From: Hamiltosporidium tvaerminnensis FI-OER-3-3
Taxonomy: Eukaryota; Fungi; Microsporidia
Assembly (NCBI GenBank): GCA_022605425.2
Contig: CM061252.1
Location: forward strand, 310,001 to 374,000
Reading direction: 5' to 3'
Length of the DNA: 64,000 nucleotides
The stretch's first letter is position 1. The number at the start of each line of letters is the position of its first letter. The notes under the pieces are model-generated. The model was not told where the DNA came from and ran no database searches. It saw nothing but the letters and a program-made list of their open reading frames with translations. Positions 50,921-64,000 of this stretch are shown piece after piece. A program made the position numbers and the translations under genes.

Positions 50921-51043
50921 AGTTATTAAACCAGATTTAAAACTTAACTTTAAACATTATTTAAATCATAAATTTATATATAAAGAAGTTGAAATGAATT
51001 CTGTTAGACAAAAAAACAGTAAATTAAAAATTAAACAAAAAAT

Positions 51044-51127
51044 TCTCGCGAGACGGATTTGAACCGCCGACCCTGTGATAACAGCTTAACTCTACAGTCA
51101 CATGCTCTGCCACTGAGCTATCGCGAG
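51044..51127 (-). tRNA. tRNA-Tyr(GTA) with 12-nt intron (51080-51091)
   Basis: CTCGCGA/TCGCGAG acceptor stem with C1-G72, GCTC/GAGC D stem, TGTGA-CT-GTA-G-[intron]-A-TCACA, TTCAAAT T loop, and a downstream T run. Confidence 0.97.
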
Positions 51128-51780
51128 CTGAAATTTCTTAAGTATATACATTATAAATAATAGCAATACATATTAAAAATATAAAATAAACTTATATAAA
51201 ATTTCTAGTTTTAACATAAATATATAAAAATAGAAATTATAAATATTTTTTCAGATAGAATTTTCAAATTAAAATACAAAATTTATCAAAATTTGTCCCT
51301 AAGAATACGATAGAAGGCAATAAAATTTCTTCAATCCAATACTGATTTTTTAAACTTAGGGGATGATTTTAACCTCTAAGCAAAAAATTAAATTATTATA
51401 TTTAATATCAATAGAATATACTTTTAAATAGTAATCAAGAAAACAAAATTTGTATTAAAATATGTACGAAATATAAATATAATTCATGTTTCAATTCTGA
51501 TTAATCATTTTTTCTAAAAAAATCTTAACTACATTCAAATTTACAGTTTTAAATCTAATAATTCTATAACGTATTTGAATTATCAAATAAACGTTGAGAA
51601 TAAATAAATGATTCAAAAGCATCTAAGAAATTGCACGTTTGAAAAAACTACAAAATATACTCCAATAATCCCCTAATTATACAAAAAGAAATTACGTTTC
51701 AAATAATTCGTTTTTTTTATTTTCTTTTAAAACCCAAGGAAATTCTAAATAAAATTCAATATCGTAATGAAAATAATTTT

Positions 51781-52475
51781 TTCAAATTAAAATTACATCT
51801 TTTCTATACAGCGACACAGGTTATATTGTTTTCATGACATTTAAAAAGTTCTATAATTAACATAGATAACTGCTCTTAATATATCCTAAGTATCTCGTAT
51901 GATACCTTCATCATAAAGCTTTTCATCTAAAAATATTTAGATGCTATATAGTTGCAGAAAAGTAAGCCAATTAAAATGTAGGATGCAGATAGCAGTTTAA
52001 ACCCAATTTGGACTTTCCAACGATGCACTGCATTTCCAATTACTGTACGCCTACCATATCAACTAAATTCTAGCCAAGATATATTTTAGCGACTTACATG
52101 GAACCAAGTAGATTTTATAAGGCCATCCAACACATATAGTTTGCTAATATGCATTCCCGGGTTTTAAAATGTATGTATTTTTGTATCTCTCAGGCGCCAG
52201 GTCTTCTAAATTCTGTGTGCAAGGCTAGGTTTTGAAATTTTTCTAAATCAATTTCAACTGTAAACCTAAAGAACAAAATCCAATGCATAAAAAACTACAA
52301 ATTTCTTGATAAAAAAAGTTTCCGTTATTTAGAATATCTCCTACTTATGCAGGTCCAATGTTCCATTGAGAATTATATATGATAAAAATCTGCCAAAAGT
52401 ATAAACAATGACAGTTACTTTGATTTCATCTGATCATCGCAAAGTAGAAAGTTTTAGTGCGGTTATCTTCCCTTC
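51781..52475 (-). repeat. Structured dispersed element, diverged copy 5
   Basis: ttcatgacatt, ttctagccaagatattttagcgacttacatgg, caggcgccaggtcttc and gcggttatcttccc match copy 1 in order. Confidence 0.75.
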
Positions 52476-52700
52476 AAAACATAAAATTATAAATAAATAA
52501 AATAAATCTATGAAATAGAATATAAACCCAAGAAAAAAGAATAAAAGGTATTGAAATAAACTTTAAATTTTTGAATTTTTAATCAAAAAATTATAAATTT
52601 AGTAAAAATATTATTTTATTTAAATTCTTATCATAAATATAATATTTAGAAATTTAAAAAATATTTACTTTCTAACAAATAATTTTTTATTTTTTTATAT

Positions 52701-53531
52701 TTATTCTGCATTTTTTGTAAGATTTTTAGTTTTAATAGAATTAAGTTTAAGATTGCTTTCTATTTTATGATATAAAATTTTATCTTCTTTTATTTCAAAA
52801 AGTAGATATTCTGACATATCCTGGGGTAAATTGCTATAAGTTTTGTCACCATTTGTGATAATATTAGAATATCCACCAAAAGAATTTTTTAGATTTTTTA
52901 ATTCAATATTTTCTGGTTCATCATTTAAAAAAGTTGCACCCAGTAAACGCATTTCACCAGGAAAAACATCCAACACAGTTTCTATTTCATTTGGTAAATT
53001 TATATTCTCTTCATTTCTATGATTATTTACAACTTCTATTTCACTATCTTTATAATCAGAGGTATTATCATCTGCTTCTTCCATCATTCCATCAATTTGT
53101 TTCTTTTCGATTTTTATATCCTCAACTCGTTTATCAATTTCTTTGAATTCGTATATATTTACATTTTCAAATGTTTTTTCAATCATTTCATTCCATTTGA
53201 TGCAAGTATCTTCTACTACTCTCTCTTCTTTAATACTTTGTAAATTATTTCGTAAAACAAATTCATCTTCTTCTAACGGTAAAACTTGATTATCTACATT
53301 TTCATTCAAACCATCTTTTAATTCTTCAAAAACATAGGAAAATAAATCAATGTTTAAAACAGAAAGAATTGGTGTATAAAGTTTTTTTGGAATTTTAGAA
53401 TCCAATGAATCGTCATGAGCTGTAAAATCGTGTTGTATTTCCAAAGGTATTTTTTTTAAAGAAGGAAGTGGCGGTGGAGGTGAAATTAAATATTTATTTA
53501 TGTCTTTTAAATTATCATCATTGAAATTCAT
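52701..53531 (-). CDS. PAF1: RNA polymerase II-associated factor Paf1 (reduced)
   Basis: N-terminal Y..SPPPPLPSLK, then LEEDEFVL, IEKTFENV and VLDVFP in the order of Paf1 conserved blocks. CCC motif before the ATG. Confidence 0.6.
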   Translation of the reverse strand: MNFNDDNLKDINKYLISPPPPLPSLKKIPLEIQHDFTAHDDSLDSKIPKKLYTPILSVLNIDLFSYVFEELKDGLNENVDNQVLPLEEDEFVLRNNLQSIKEERVVEDTCIKWNEMIEKTFENVNIYEFKEIDKRVEDIKIEKKQIDGMMEEADDNTSDYKDSEIEVVNNHRNEENINLPNEIETVLDVFPGEMRLLGATFLNDEPENIELKNLKNSFGGYSNIITNGDKTYSNLPQDMSEYLLFEIKEDKILYHKIESNLKLNSIKTKNLTKNAE

Positions 53532-54499
53532 TTTCTATGGGTAAATCAGTTTCTATTTTTTTACACCAACGCTAAGAAATTTTTCTTAAATTTAATACTT
53601 CTTAAAAAATAATTTCTTTTTAAATTTAAGAAATTAAAGAAAAACAAATTAGAATGAATAAATTTTTAAAAGAAATATTTCTATAATATTAAAATGAATA
53701 AAGAATAAGAAACAATAAAAGTTTAATTTGCAAAAATATTTATTTTTAGAGCTTCAAAAAATAAGAGAATGTATTTATAAAATATATTTTTATATTTGCA
53801 CTCAGATTACAACTAAAAAAATTTTCAAAAGTTAGTCTAAAGAAATGATTTTATTTAATGTTGTAAACCATACGATTCTTTTTTAATTTCTTAAAAAAAT
53901 AAAATTAGTTTAAAGGTTTATGAAAAAAACAGAAAAGACAGAAATTGGAGTGATGGATATCATATGAAAACATATTTTAATTATGTCTTTTATCTGCTGT
54001 TTTATTTTTCCATAAAATTATTTCGTACACAAATATATTTTATGCTGTGCCGAAAGACCTCCCTTTACGGTGTATAAAAGGCCCCCTGAAATTACATTTT
54101 GGTTTAACAGCAGTATAGTGTGTTAATATGCTCTCCTGGGTTCTTTATAATACTCTCTTTTTAAATTACAAGAATTGGAGTCAAAAACTACGAATAAAAA
54201 TAGTAAAAAAACGAATTATCTTTAAATCAGCTACATTTCTTTAAAAAACTATTTTAGTAGCGTAGCTGTTGTTTTTTTAAATTTTCGAATTTTTATTAAA
54301 CTATAGTAAGGATGCCTATAATATAATAGGAACTAAAAAAAGAAGGAGAAGTTACAAACCAAATAAATATAAAGAAAAATAAATTAACTAAGATTAAAAG
54401 ATTTCATTTATTTTTATTTTCGTAAATTTTTAATAAATTTTCAAGTTCATATTGTTGCAATCTTACTGAGATTTCATATTTTTTCTCCGAAACGGTTAT

Positions 54500-57400
54500 T
54501 TGAATCCAAAGAAAACATAAATATAATTTTTTTAGACCAATCGGAATTGAAGATGAGAAGATCCGCCAAATTTCACCTTTGGCTGGGATTAAAGCTCTGA
54601 AGCGTGGTTATTTATAAAACGACATACAATGTCCTTAGTTTCAAATTTTCTTTCTATTTTTTTGCTACTAAAAAGCCAAAATACAACTGAAATTCTAAAT
54701 CCTTCTAAAATATACATACATTCAATGGATGGACTTAAAAAGACAGATATTCTATTTTCTTTGATTAAAGAAGAGGTAAAAAGAAGAGACAAAATGGAGA
54801 TAGTAACCTGAAAAGTGCGTATAAGAATATAATACGAGGCACAAAACAATATATGCCCATATTTTATATACATCGCGAAGAGTAAGAGCTCTTGTACAGA
54901 TTAAAATTTGAAATACCTCCAAAATCGCATAAGATATCAGATGGTCAAAGCGCCGGCTCAAATTCTCGCACAAAAATTTTCAATGAACAATCTAACAAAA
55001 TTAAACGGAAAAAAATATAAAATAAATCAGCCAAAAAAATAGGAAACAACGAATTTTAAATAATTTTTATCTTATTGTATACTCGAAGAAGAATTTATTT
55101 TTCATATTTTAATATGTTATAATGAAAATTTGGGTTTGAATACACATCTTGTGAAGTTTATTCTTGCTTATATCGGAGCGTAAGTGAATAAAGAAATGGA
55201 AAGCAACATGATAATTTCATTATCTGATACATCATGCCTAACAAAAAATATTTTCTTTATAAAGAACAAAAAGGCTTTATACTTTATTAAAACAAACGAA
55301 AAATTGAAAAGGTGAAAAATTTATGACGAAATATTCTAAGCTATAGTAGTTATTATTAAATAAAAATGGATTATTCGATTTTCTCATAAAATATAAAATT
55401 ATATTTTATTTAACTTCTAATGGTGAAAGAACGAAAACTACGAAATAACTAGTAAGATCCTATTAATAAACCTTTTATACAACAATTCTTGATTTAAAAT
55501 GTTACAAAATCCTTTATTTAAAAGATAGAGCAGTCTCTATCAAATATACCTTTCATCCGGGTGCCTCGAGAGAGATTACGACATTTAAGAATAAGCAATA
55601 ATGTGCTAAGTTGACCCAAAAACCCAATCTGAATAAATTAAAAAAGAAAAGAAATGCTGATTTACTAACAACTGAAATCCAAGTTGAAATATATTACCGA
55701 GAGAGACCAATAGGATAGTAACAAACCAAACCTCCAATATAAGTTACGCAAAGAAAATACTAGAACAATCTGAATATATGGTACTAAAAATTCAATAATT
55801 TTGATGAAAAAAAAAGAGAAACATCATCTTGGTTGTTGAGACTAATCTAACAATCTAGGAGAAACTTTTTTGCATTAAATGAAAACTCCTATGGGGATCA
55901 TTTAATATATTTTTTTTATCGAAATATCGATTAAATTTCTTTACATTGAAATTAATCAACCAAAAAGACGCAAAATCAGAATCTTTTTTAATGAATTCTA
56001 TGCAATATGATAGTGCTATAATTCTATTTGAACTTATGCAAATATTGAAATTTCTCTTCCGCCAAGTTTATTACATCACCATATTAACAGAAAAATTTGC
56101 TCTCTTTCGAATACCTTGCATTCAGGTAAGAGGATACCAGAATACATTTTTTTGTTTTATTCTGGATAAAGATGCGGCAAAAATGAAAGAATATATGTTT
56201 GTTACTAAAGCGTAGATATCCAAATATAATGGAAGAAACATTACTTCATTTGGTTACAGCCTTTTATCCTTCGAAAAAAAGGCGGGCGAAGTAGTAAAAG
56301 AACGAAACACCTCGGTTCTTTTTCATGCTCCAAAACTGAAGTAACAAGAGTTCGGATTATTTATATTCAAACAATAGGCATGGTTTCGGCTTTATATTAA
56401 AGTAGCTATGGGTTTTCTAAGCGAAACATCAAGTTCACATCAAATGAGACTGCCCGCGACATCTAAGCTTCAATAATACATCGATGTATATATATCAAAC
56501 TGTATCTAGTATAGCATAAAAACCCGAATTTATCTGCTATTCCACTAGTTGTTAGATAGAAAAAACCGAAGCACAAATTTTAAACTAAAAAACCGAAGAG
56601 AAACCTTATAAAAACCACCGCATATATGTTACGTAGAAACAGCTTTTATCATAACAATCACAAATAAGCAACGAACTATGCGGCTTAAATACTCATATGA
56701 TAAATTAGAAAATAGACTTAAATAGTTTATTGAAGCGATATAAATATGAATCCATATAGAACTCAGCATAAAAAGTACCGAGCTAAAAATTAAAATTAAC
56801 CACAAGGATTTTTACATCAAAATCTCGAACAGTATTCTTGTGAGAGAACAGGTAGCGTACCTTAGAAATCTTAAACGGCTTTCGAAACATACAGAATAAG
56901 TTTCGGGGTGTTAATGAAATTACAATGAGCATGTGAAGCTAGATTTAGTCATAATTACGAAAGGAATCTCAATAAGGCTCAATATTAAAATTAAAATGAA
57001 AATGAACAGGCAAATACTAATCTGCTAAAGTAAACGAAATTCTTGGATTAAAATATATGGCTTTTATTAAAGCAGGTGAAATAAAACTTTTTAAAACTAT
57101 AAAGTATATTTGATGTTAACGAAAATCACATAATAACCTTAGTTATGTTCTCAAGTTGATAGTATTACAAAGGAATGTACTTAACGTAAAACTAGATAAA
57201 TTTATAATCTACTAACGGTAACCTCTTTATAAAAAATCGCAATTTCCTATGCTAAAAACATAATATATCATATTTCTTATACAAAATGAAGATTTTGTTT
57301 GCGATAGAAAATAGGATTTTTCACTAACAAGATGGTTGCCTATAGTCTAAATGTTCTGTTAAAACTTTGGTTTCACATAAATAAAGCATTTTTATTTTTA

Positions 57401-59300
57401 AAAAATCCAGAATGCCTCTTTGTCTATTTCAAGGAAACGGTGGACAATGAAAATAAAAACATAGATTAATGAAATCTGATCAAGTATATATATTTTAGAT
57501 ATCAATTAATTCATACTTTTCCGAAGAAAATATAAATTCGAAAAACAAAAACGAAGCCATCATGATAAAAAAATTGACATATATTCTTTTTTAACAAATT
57601 TTATATTTAAGGAAGATCAAAAAAGAAAAAATATCAACTTAAATAAAGGCCGGATATTTAAAAAAAATATTTATGAAAAAAACTTGAACTTCTCAATATT
57701 GAAATTTTACTTAAACCATGAAAATTAATGACTTTATTAACTATCTTGCATTAAAATATTTTGCATTCGGAATTGTATTTTTTACGACTTTCGCTGTCAA
57801 AAATACCCTTGCTAGCTTATACGAATTCTAAAGTTGGGTGAACAAAAATAAATAACATAAATTTAAAGCATCCTGGCAAAATGGCTTAGATAAGTCAAAG
57901 ATTAAAGCGACAACATAATGATCTAATTACTACAATTTTTTGAGAAATTATTTTGATTCATGTCTTGTAAATGCTGCGAGAGACATCTCCAAACCATGAA
58001 CATACCCTAAAAATGGACTTTTTAAGACGGCTGCTGCTTGCATAAATCTGTCGTTGAAATATTTGCAAATCATGAGGTACATATGCATGGAAAATAAACA
58101 CTATTTTAATTACACGCTAATAACGCTCTGGCAAATTCGAATTGTTGATTTTCGGTTCAATATTTTGTAATTTTAAATTTAAGAAAAACTTAAAAAAAAT
58201 TTATTATCTAAGATAACTTCAATAAATCGAAACGATTTTTTTGTGGAACATGGATACAAAAAACTCCTGCTTCATTGAAAAAACGGTATTATTTAAACAA
58301 AAGAAAAGCAGCAGATTTTTTTTTTAAAATTTCCTGCATTTTGCGATAAGAGGAAGCAAAAATCTTTATAAGATTGCTATAAATTACACAACACTTAACT
58401 TGGTACACAACGCTAAAACATTTTTTACGTGATCAAAATATTCTTAGGTTATTTACGAGATTTATTTAGGAAAGAAACAAACACGAGCGAAAAGCGGAAA
58501 AAATGTGATAATTCTCCTATCATCTTGAATGAAGCAACTGGAGTTATGCTTTTCTCATTTGAACTATTGCTAGAATCGTGAGAGAAATTAAATGTACATT
58601 TATGTCGATCTCTGGTCAAATGTTATTAGATAAAGGGAGCGATAATTACAAAAATTCCCTGTATTTAAAGGAGCACGAGCGTTAAAGATAGTTCATCCAA
58701 TCCTTAAATTTTGCCAAAATATAAATAATTTCAATCGTTTAAAATTTGTAAAAATATTCAACTAGGTAAACGTCTTTTATGAATAACCTTTTAAACTTGA
58801 CAACAAACAAGCATGATTGATGATGTATAAACGACAGTTCTCAAAAATACAATCTCAAATGATTTTTAAGGATTTGTAGAAAGATATTTTGTACATTTTT
58901 TGGTTAAAAATTAATCCAAGCTTTTAAAAAGAAGCAGTTCTTGCTCATGCGAATGAATAGTTAGTAGATATATCGGTATCTACTTGATATTTTTATCAAG
59001 CCGAGGGACCACTTTTTGTTAAGATGGATTCGTGATATAGATTAAATATAATCCGAAATGATTTTTTTGGTATGTTGTAAACACCATAAACCTTTAGATC
59101 GCCGAAAATGCCCTTAACACAAATAAAAAGGCTATAATTATCCTTCATCAAGATTTGAATGTAGAATGAGATTTAATATCCGAAATCAAACCAATAATAA
59201 GAAACATAGCCGAATCTCAGTACTTTCAAGTAATTAAAAAACTACGTTTAAGAGATTATACATTCTCACCGATAATTAATTTAATATCAAACATAGATCA
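54500..59300 (+). mobile_element. Highly eroded Ty3/Gypsy-like internal region (RT, RNase H, integrase traces)
   Basis: INQKDA (~55955), RGYQ...MFVT...SFG (56130-56255), FLGL (~57040), WQIRIVDFRFNI (~58130), DKG (~58630), in Gypsy pol order. Boundaries uncertain. Confidence 0.4.
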
Positions 59301-59870
59301 TAAGTGCTAAACCTAAAAGAAACCTTTTTTCTATAATTTCAAATTTGTCATTGAAATACACAAAAGTAAATCCTTATATTTGATATAATGAGATTTGTCA
59401 ATGTTCTGAGTTTTATTAAAAGGTATCTTTATATCTATTATAAGAATGAAGACTCAAAAGTATGTTAAAATTTATATCCAAAATTAGAAGCAAATCCAAA
59501 TTTTACTCAGAATGAAACCATGTTTTTATTGAAACAAGCCTTATAGAGTCGTTTAAGACTTCCCAGAATGTTACTTTCGACTATTTGATTTTTTTTTTCA
59601 ATTTTATTATAAAAATAAAACGCACTCACTTGAAATATTTACTACAAAAATTATTATATTTCATTTCATCAAAATACTATTGGTAAATTTAGGAAAACAA
59701 AGTTAAAACAGTTTTAAATTATATATTGTATATTTATATTCTAGGTCACATTGGTGGATAGCCAATAATCCTATTAAAAATATCTTAATTGACAGTAATT
59801 AGAGAAATTGATGTAAAAGATATTTTCTGGATTTTTTGTGGGATTTATCGCACTTTAATTTCCGTTGATT

Positions 59871-60093
59871 CACCCGCCATGCCGGGAGTAGAATTGGCTT
59901 GGAGTATTCTTTGCTCGTCATAAGAAGCGACTCCAAAGAGCTGGTCCTCCAGATTGGGGTTGAGGTAGCGCCAACAGCTCCGCTTTAAAATCACCTTTTT
60001 ACAAAACCCGAAATAGTAAGAAACCCCACTGGAAAAAAGTGTTAGGCAGTACTACCGAGGGCGACCAAAGCTTGTGCAGGGCTGTAGTGTCGC
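59871..60093. other. GC-rich multi-hairpin island of unknown identity
   Basis: TTGGAGT/ACTCCAA (59899-59905/59930-59936), GAGCTG/CAGCTC (59938-59943/59975-59980) with inner CCTC/GAGG, and TACTAC/GTAGTG (60050-60055/60084-60089). Confidence 0.4.
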
Positions 60094-60690
60094 AGATGAT
60101 GATGAATCATTGTTTATACATAGAATTCATATAAAAAGAATTGGTCTTTTAAATAGTCAACTTTCGATATAAACTCATCTCGTGAGGTTTTATGTAAAAA
60201 GACTGAAAAAACGACTGTGTGCCGGTGATTGCTATATGGAATCATTTAAACCAATCTTGCTTACTAGACTTGGAAAATATAACTCCTCAAGGATTAAAAA
60301 ACACACTAATTATAGAACCAGGAATATTAAGCAGCAGATTATACCCTTTAATCTGGCATTGCAACGGTAGTTAGATTGAATGTAAGTCTCCGACATATAT
60401 TTTGCTGAAATTCTATTCAGTTTGATACTTTAAAATTGTGGAAATGCTGCTAGTCATAGAAGATCCGTAGGTGGTTTTCGGTTGGCGATAACATTTCATG
60501 AAATTATCGTGTTCGCTGAATAAGTTTATACACCTGTGAATGGAAGGTATTTTAATGTAGATATCGCAGGGGTACCGATAGAGTGTTAGAGGTTCGGCTA
60601 TCTATATTCGACTTAGAACTAGGTCAATGTCCTGAAAACAATATAACACATGCGAAGGTTACAAAATGATGTGATTTTCTTACAAAAAAA
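60057..60690 (+). repeat. Structured dispersed element, diverged copy 6
   Basis: atgtaagtctc, ttttcgg, tatcgcaggggtaccgatagagtgtt and caatgtcctgaaaacaatataacac match copy 2 in order. Confidence 0.75.
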
Positions 60691-63600
60691 TTGATAGCAA
60701 ACTATTAAACTGTTTTAATTAATAATATAAAAATTGTTCTTAAAATCAATCGAAAAGATTTATAGAAAAAGCTAATTATGCCTTATGTCTATAATATCTA
60801 ATAAAATAATATTTAACTTGAGCGTATATATGTTTCAGTAAATGTTAGTAGTCGAACATTAAAAATTATGATCAGGCTTTGCCAAGACACCATGATATGT
60901 CAAAAAATTGTGATTATATAGGTTATATATTTTCTGACATTATAATAGTCCTGGAAATCGAATGTATTCTAAAAAAAATTTATTCATATTTGTCTCTATA
61001 CAAAAAAGAAAAATTATATTTAATTATCGAGGAAGAAGATTTTTAAGTTAACAAAAAACATGTACAATAACATTGAAAATGTAGAATCAATTTTTTTAGA
61101 CCGAATTCCACTTTAGTGAAATTTTGAGATACATAGCTTTTTCCTTTATTAAACCTACTCTTATCAGATTAACATTCAAATGTTCAGCTACTTTTACTAT
61201 ACACTTAATTTGGATTTGCTTATAATCTTATAGAAAATTTTTGCAGATTTTCTAAGCCAAAAATCAGACTAAAAAACAATTTCGGCTAAAATTAATTTTT
61301 CATTAAGATTGTAAATTTGTTCCCGAAACGTATTATTTCGGCTTTAAGCCTCGTATTTACTTCATAAAGATTTGATTTTGATATTTTAAGAATAAATTTC
61401 ATATATCTTTTTTATTCGCGCACTCTCTGCCGAAATATAGAGTTAGAAATTCTATTGCGCTGCTTTCTTGAGAACGGGTGCTTTTGAATTGAAGTTTGAA
61501 GTCCTTTTTAACTTGTTTTTTTGAGTTACCTTCCGGCATTCCCCCAATTTTCAGATCAGATTTTCTTTTATAAGAACAGGACTTCACTCCAAAATATTTT
61601 ATAGATATTTTTGCGTGTATTTCTATGATGAAAAAACACCGATAGTTCAATTGGATATATTTCTATTTCGTTCATAAAAACCAGAGGCTCATATAGATAA
61701 CGATACTAAAATAATTAACGTAAACATCAAAAGAAGATGGATTCTCTTTGTTACATTCACAAAGTATTGTATACTACTTTCTTTTGCAGCGCCCCTCTTT
61801 TTACTAATAAAGGTTATTTTGCTCCTTCAAAACTAGTTTCAGGCTTTTCTCCATCAGTGTTAAGTCAAAATTTTTTTTACTATAAAGCTCATAATACCAA
61901 CTTTCTACTTTGTTTAGAACATAGACACAAACAGATTACAGTTCTTGGCCCCATAATAAGCTCTTTTTTTTTGATTTAAGCACAACCCAAGCTTTCTTAA
62001 AATTTCTTGTTATTACATTTTAACAGCATAAAATGCGCATATTTCACATCTTTATTCGCAAGTTACGAAACCTGGACCATGAAAAGGTATACGCGTTCAT
62101 TCTATCATCTTTAAGTGCGTTTTTACAACAGTTTTTTGTTAATTGCAAGGTTGATGAATTGTTTGTGATTATCAAGTTTAAAAAATCAAGGGATACCGAA
62201 TAATATAAATATATTAGAATACACAGGCCACTGAATTGCACTTTTACTTTTGTGGAGCGAATTGAAAAGCCTTAGTGAAATGAACTTGATATACAAGTAT
62301 GAATTTATAGAGATCGTTAGATTATACTTATGTAGATTAAAAAGACTCGAAGTCGCGTTCATGCTCTGAGTTTGTATCGGTCTTACACGTTCGCATTTTC
62401 GGGCCACAGTTTTTTCCCCGGACGGCATACATAAATTTGCTAAGGCATTATTGTTTCCGTATTTGCATTCTATACTTCGAACCATCTTTTTCATACAGCA
62501 TCAAACACGATGTTTAAGTTCAACATGTGCATCATGTAAAATTAGTAATAACTGCAAAGATGTAAATAATATTGCTATTTTCTTTACGCTTAACTTAAAT
62601 AACAATCATCTTTTCTTCTTTCAAATATTTACCACGCCAAACTTGCGTAAATTCCGATAGTTTCTGATTTTTTTTATTGAAATTTGCTTTTAAATATTTG
62701 AAATTTTTCTATATAGTATTAATATTGCAGTTTTGTAAGAAATCATGCATTATGACCTTTATATATTTCAATTAATTCGAATCTATATAAAAATGCTTCA
62801 TATCACTTAATGCGTTATCATCGGTTCTTTCATTCATTTTTTTTAAAATTACTAACATTTAATTAAAAAGAACAGAAGACAACCGTGAATGTATTGAAAT
62901 AAAGAATAAATAAGCAGCGCATATTAATTGTTGCTGATATAGTATTGTGAAGCACCCAGATGAACGGTTAAATTTAAACCAATTTTCTAGATGAATAAGA
63001 GAAACTGTTGCAGTGGTAAAGTTGACTGACAGTGTAAAAAATTAACGAGATTGTCTTTAAAATATTGATTTGCGGGTTAGAGTCATTATAACTATTGATT
63101 AAGCATTGTGAAAATTGCCTTGAAAAACCAAGTTGAGCTACATATTCTCTAATAAATATGTTGATCGTAAAATTTAAGATTTTTAAATCTAATTATTATT
63201 TAAATACATATTGTAAAATAAAATTATACAAAATTAAAAAGTATTTTAGTTCAGTATTTCAGATTTTAATGTGAGCTTATTAGATACAATATTTCAAAAT
63301 TAATTTAGACTATATTTCCTTGTTTAGACTTATAAACCAATAAAATGCTTCGTTTGAGTGCTAAAAATAAACAAAGAAATATAAAAATAGTTTCAAGTTT
63401 AACATTCTTTTCTAATATAATTATTCAACAACAAAATTTGTATCATTTATGCTTACATAAAAGGAAACCCATGTAACATCATATATATTCATGTTTCCCC
63501 GAAATATACAGAAAAAAATCTTAAAATTAATAATAGGAAATTTACAGTTATTGATACAAACATAGTTAGCAATGCAAAAATAACTTTACTTGATAATAAT

Positions 63601-64000
63601 TGCTGGTTTACTAAAAATTAAATCTTACTTTCATGCCTGTTAAGCTCAACTATTAAATTTTACAATATGAAGTTATTAATTAGAAATAAACAAAAGTATA
63701 ACCAAATTAATATATTAATAATTAGACTTATAAGTTAAAAACTTAACACTGACGTTTAAATATACAATATTGTAATTTTCATTAAAATAAAAAATATCTT
63801 AGTTTAATATTATAATTTTTAGTTAAGATGTATTCACTAAGTATGATAGATTTTTTAAGTGAATAAGAGATGATGTTGTATCAATAAATATATTCACACG
63901 ATTTCTTCATCTTATCTATAACAACAAAATTCTTAATCTAAAATTTCTATAAATTTCGATTTAAACAAGATAGAAATTACAATAACCCTATTTTTCGAGC

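Noticed and set aside
61380-62660. Fragmented minus-strand ORFs with raised GC (similarly 26700-27200)
   Set aside because: Probably a decayed gene or transposon, but I could not assign any motif.

Overview
Very AT-rich, gene-sparse, intron-poor eukaryotic DNA. CCC motifs just upstream of the ATG of short housekeeping genes point to a large-genome microsporidian (Hamiltosporidium-like); this assignment is inference only. The window holds four kinds of content. (1) Three recognisable housekeeping genes (CSE1, a SHO1-like 4TM-SH3 protein, PAF1) and an intron-containing tRNA-Tyr(GTA). (2) A dispersed cluster of about 7 genes for secreted low-complexity Gly/Tyr/Cys/Ser-rich repeat proteins, most with TATA-type promoters. 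These are candidate cross-linked spore-wall or envelope proteins, and four of them have broken reading frames. (3) At least six insertions of an R4/Dong-like RT-RLE non-LTR retrotransposon, some with 12-13 bp target-site duplications (TSDs), plus eroded Gypsy, piggyBac, Helitron and Merlin-like remnants. (4) Seven or more copies of an unrecognised ~720-nt non-coding element with fixed ends, long-range stems and a UUCG hairpin, co-oriented with an adjacent gene or retroelement in every case. The first 7.9 kb form an imperfect palindrome centred on a retrotransposon. All identifications were made by eye from motifs; no database search or folding program was run.
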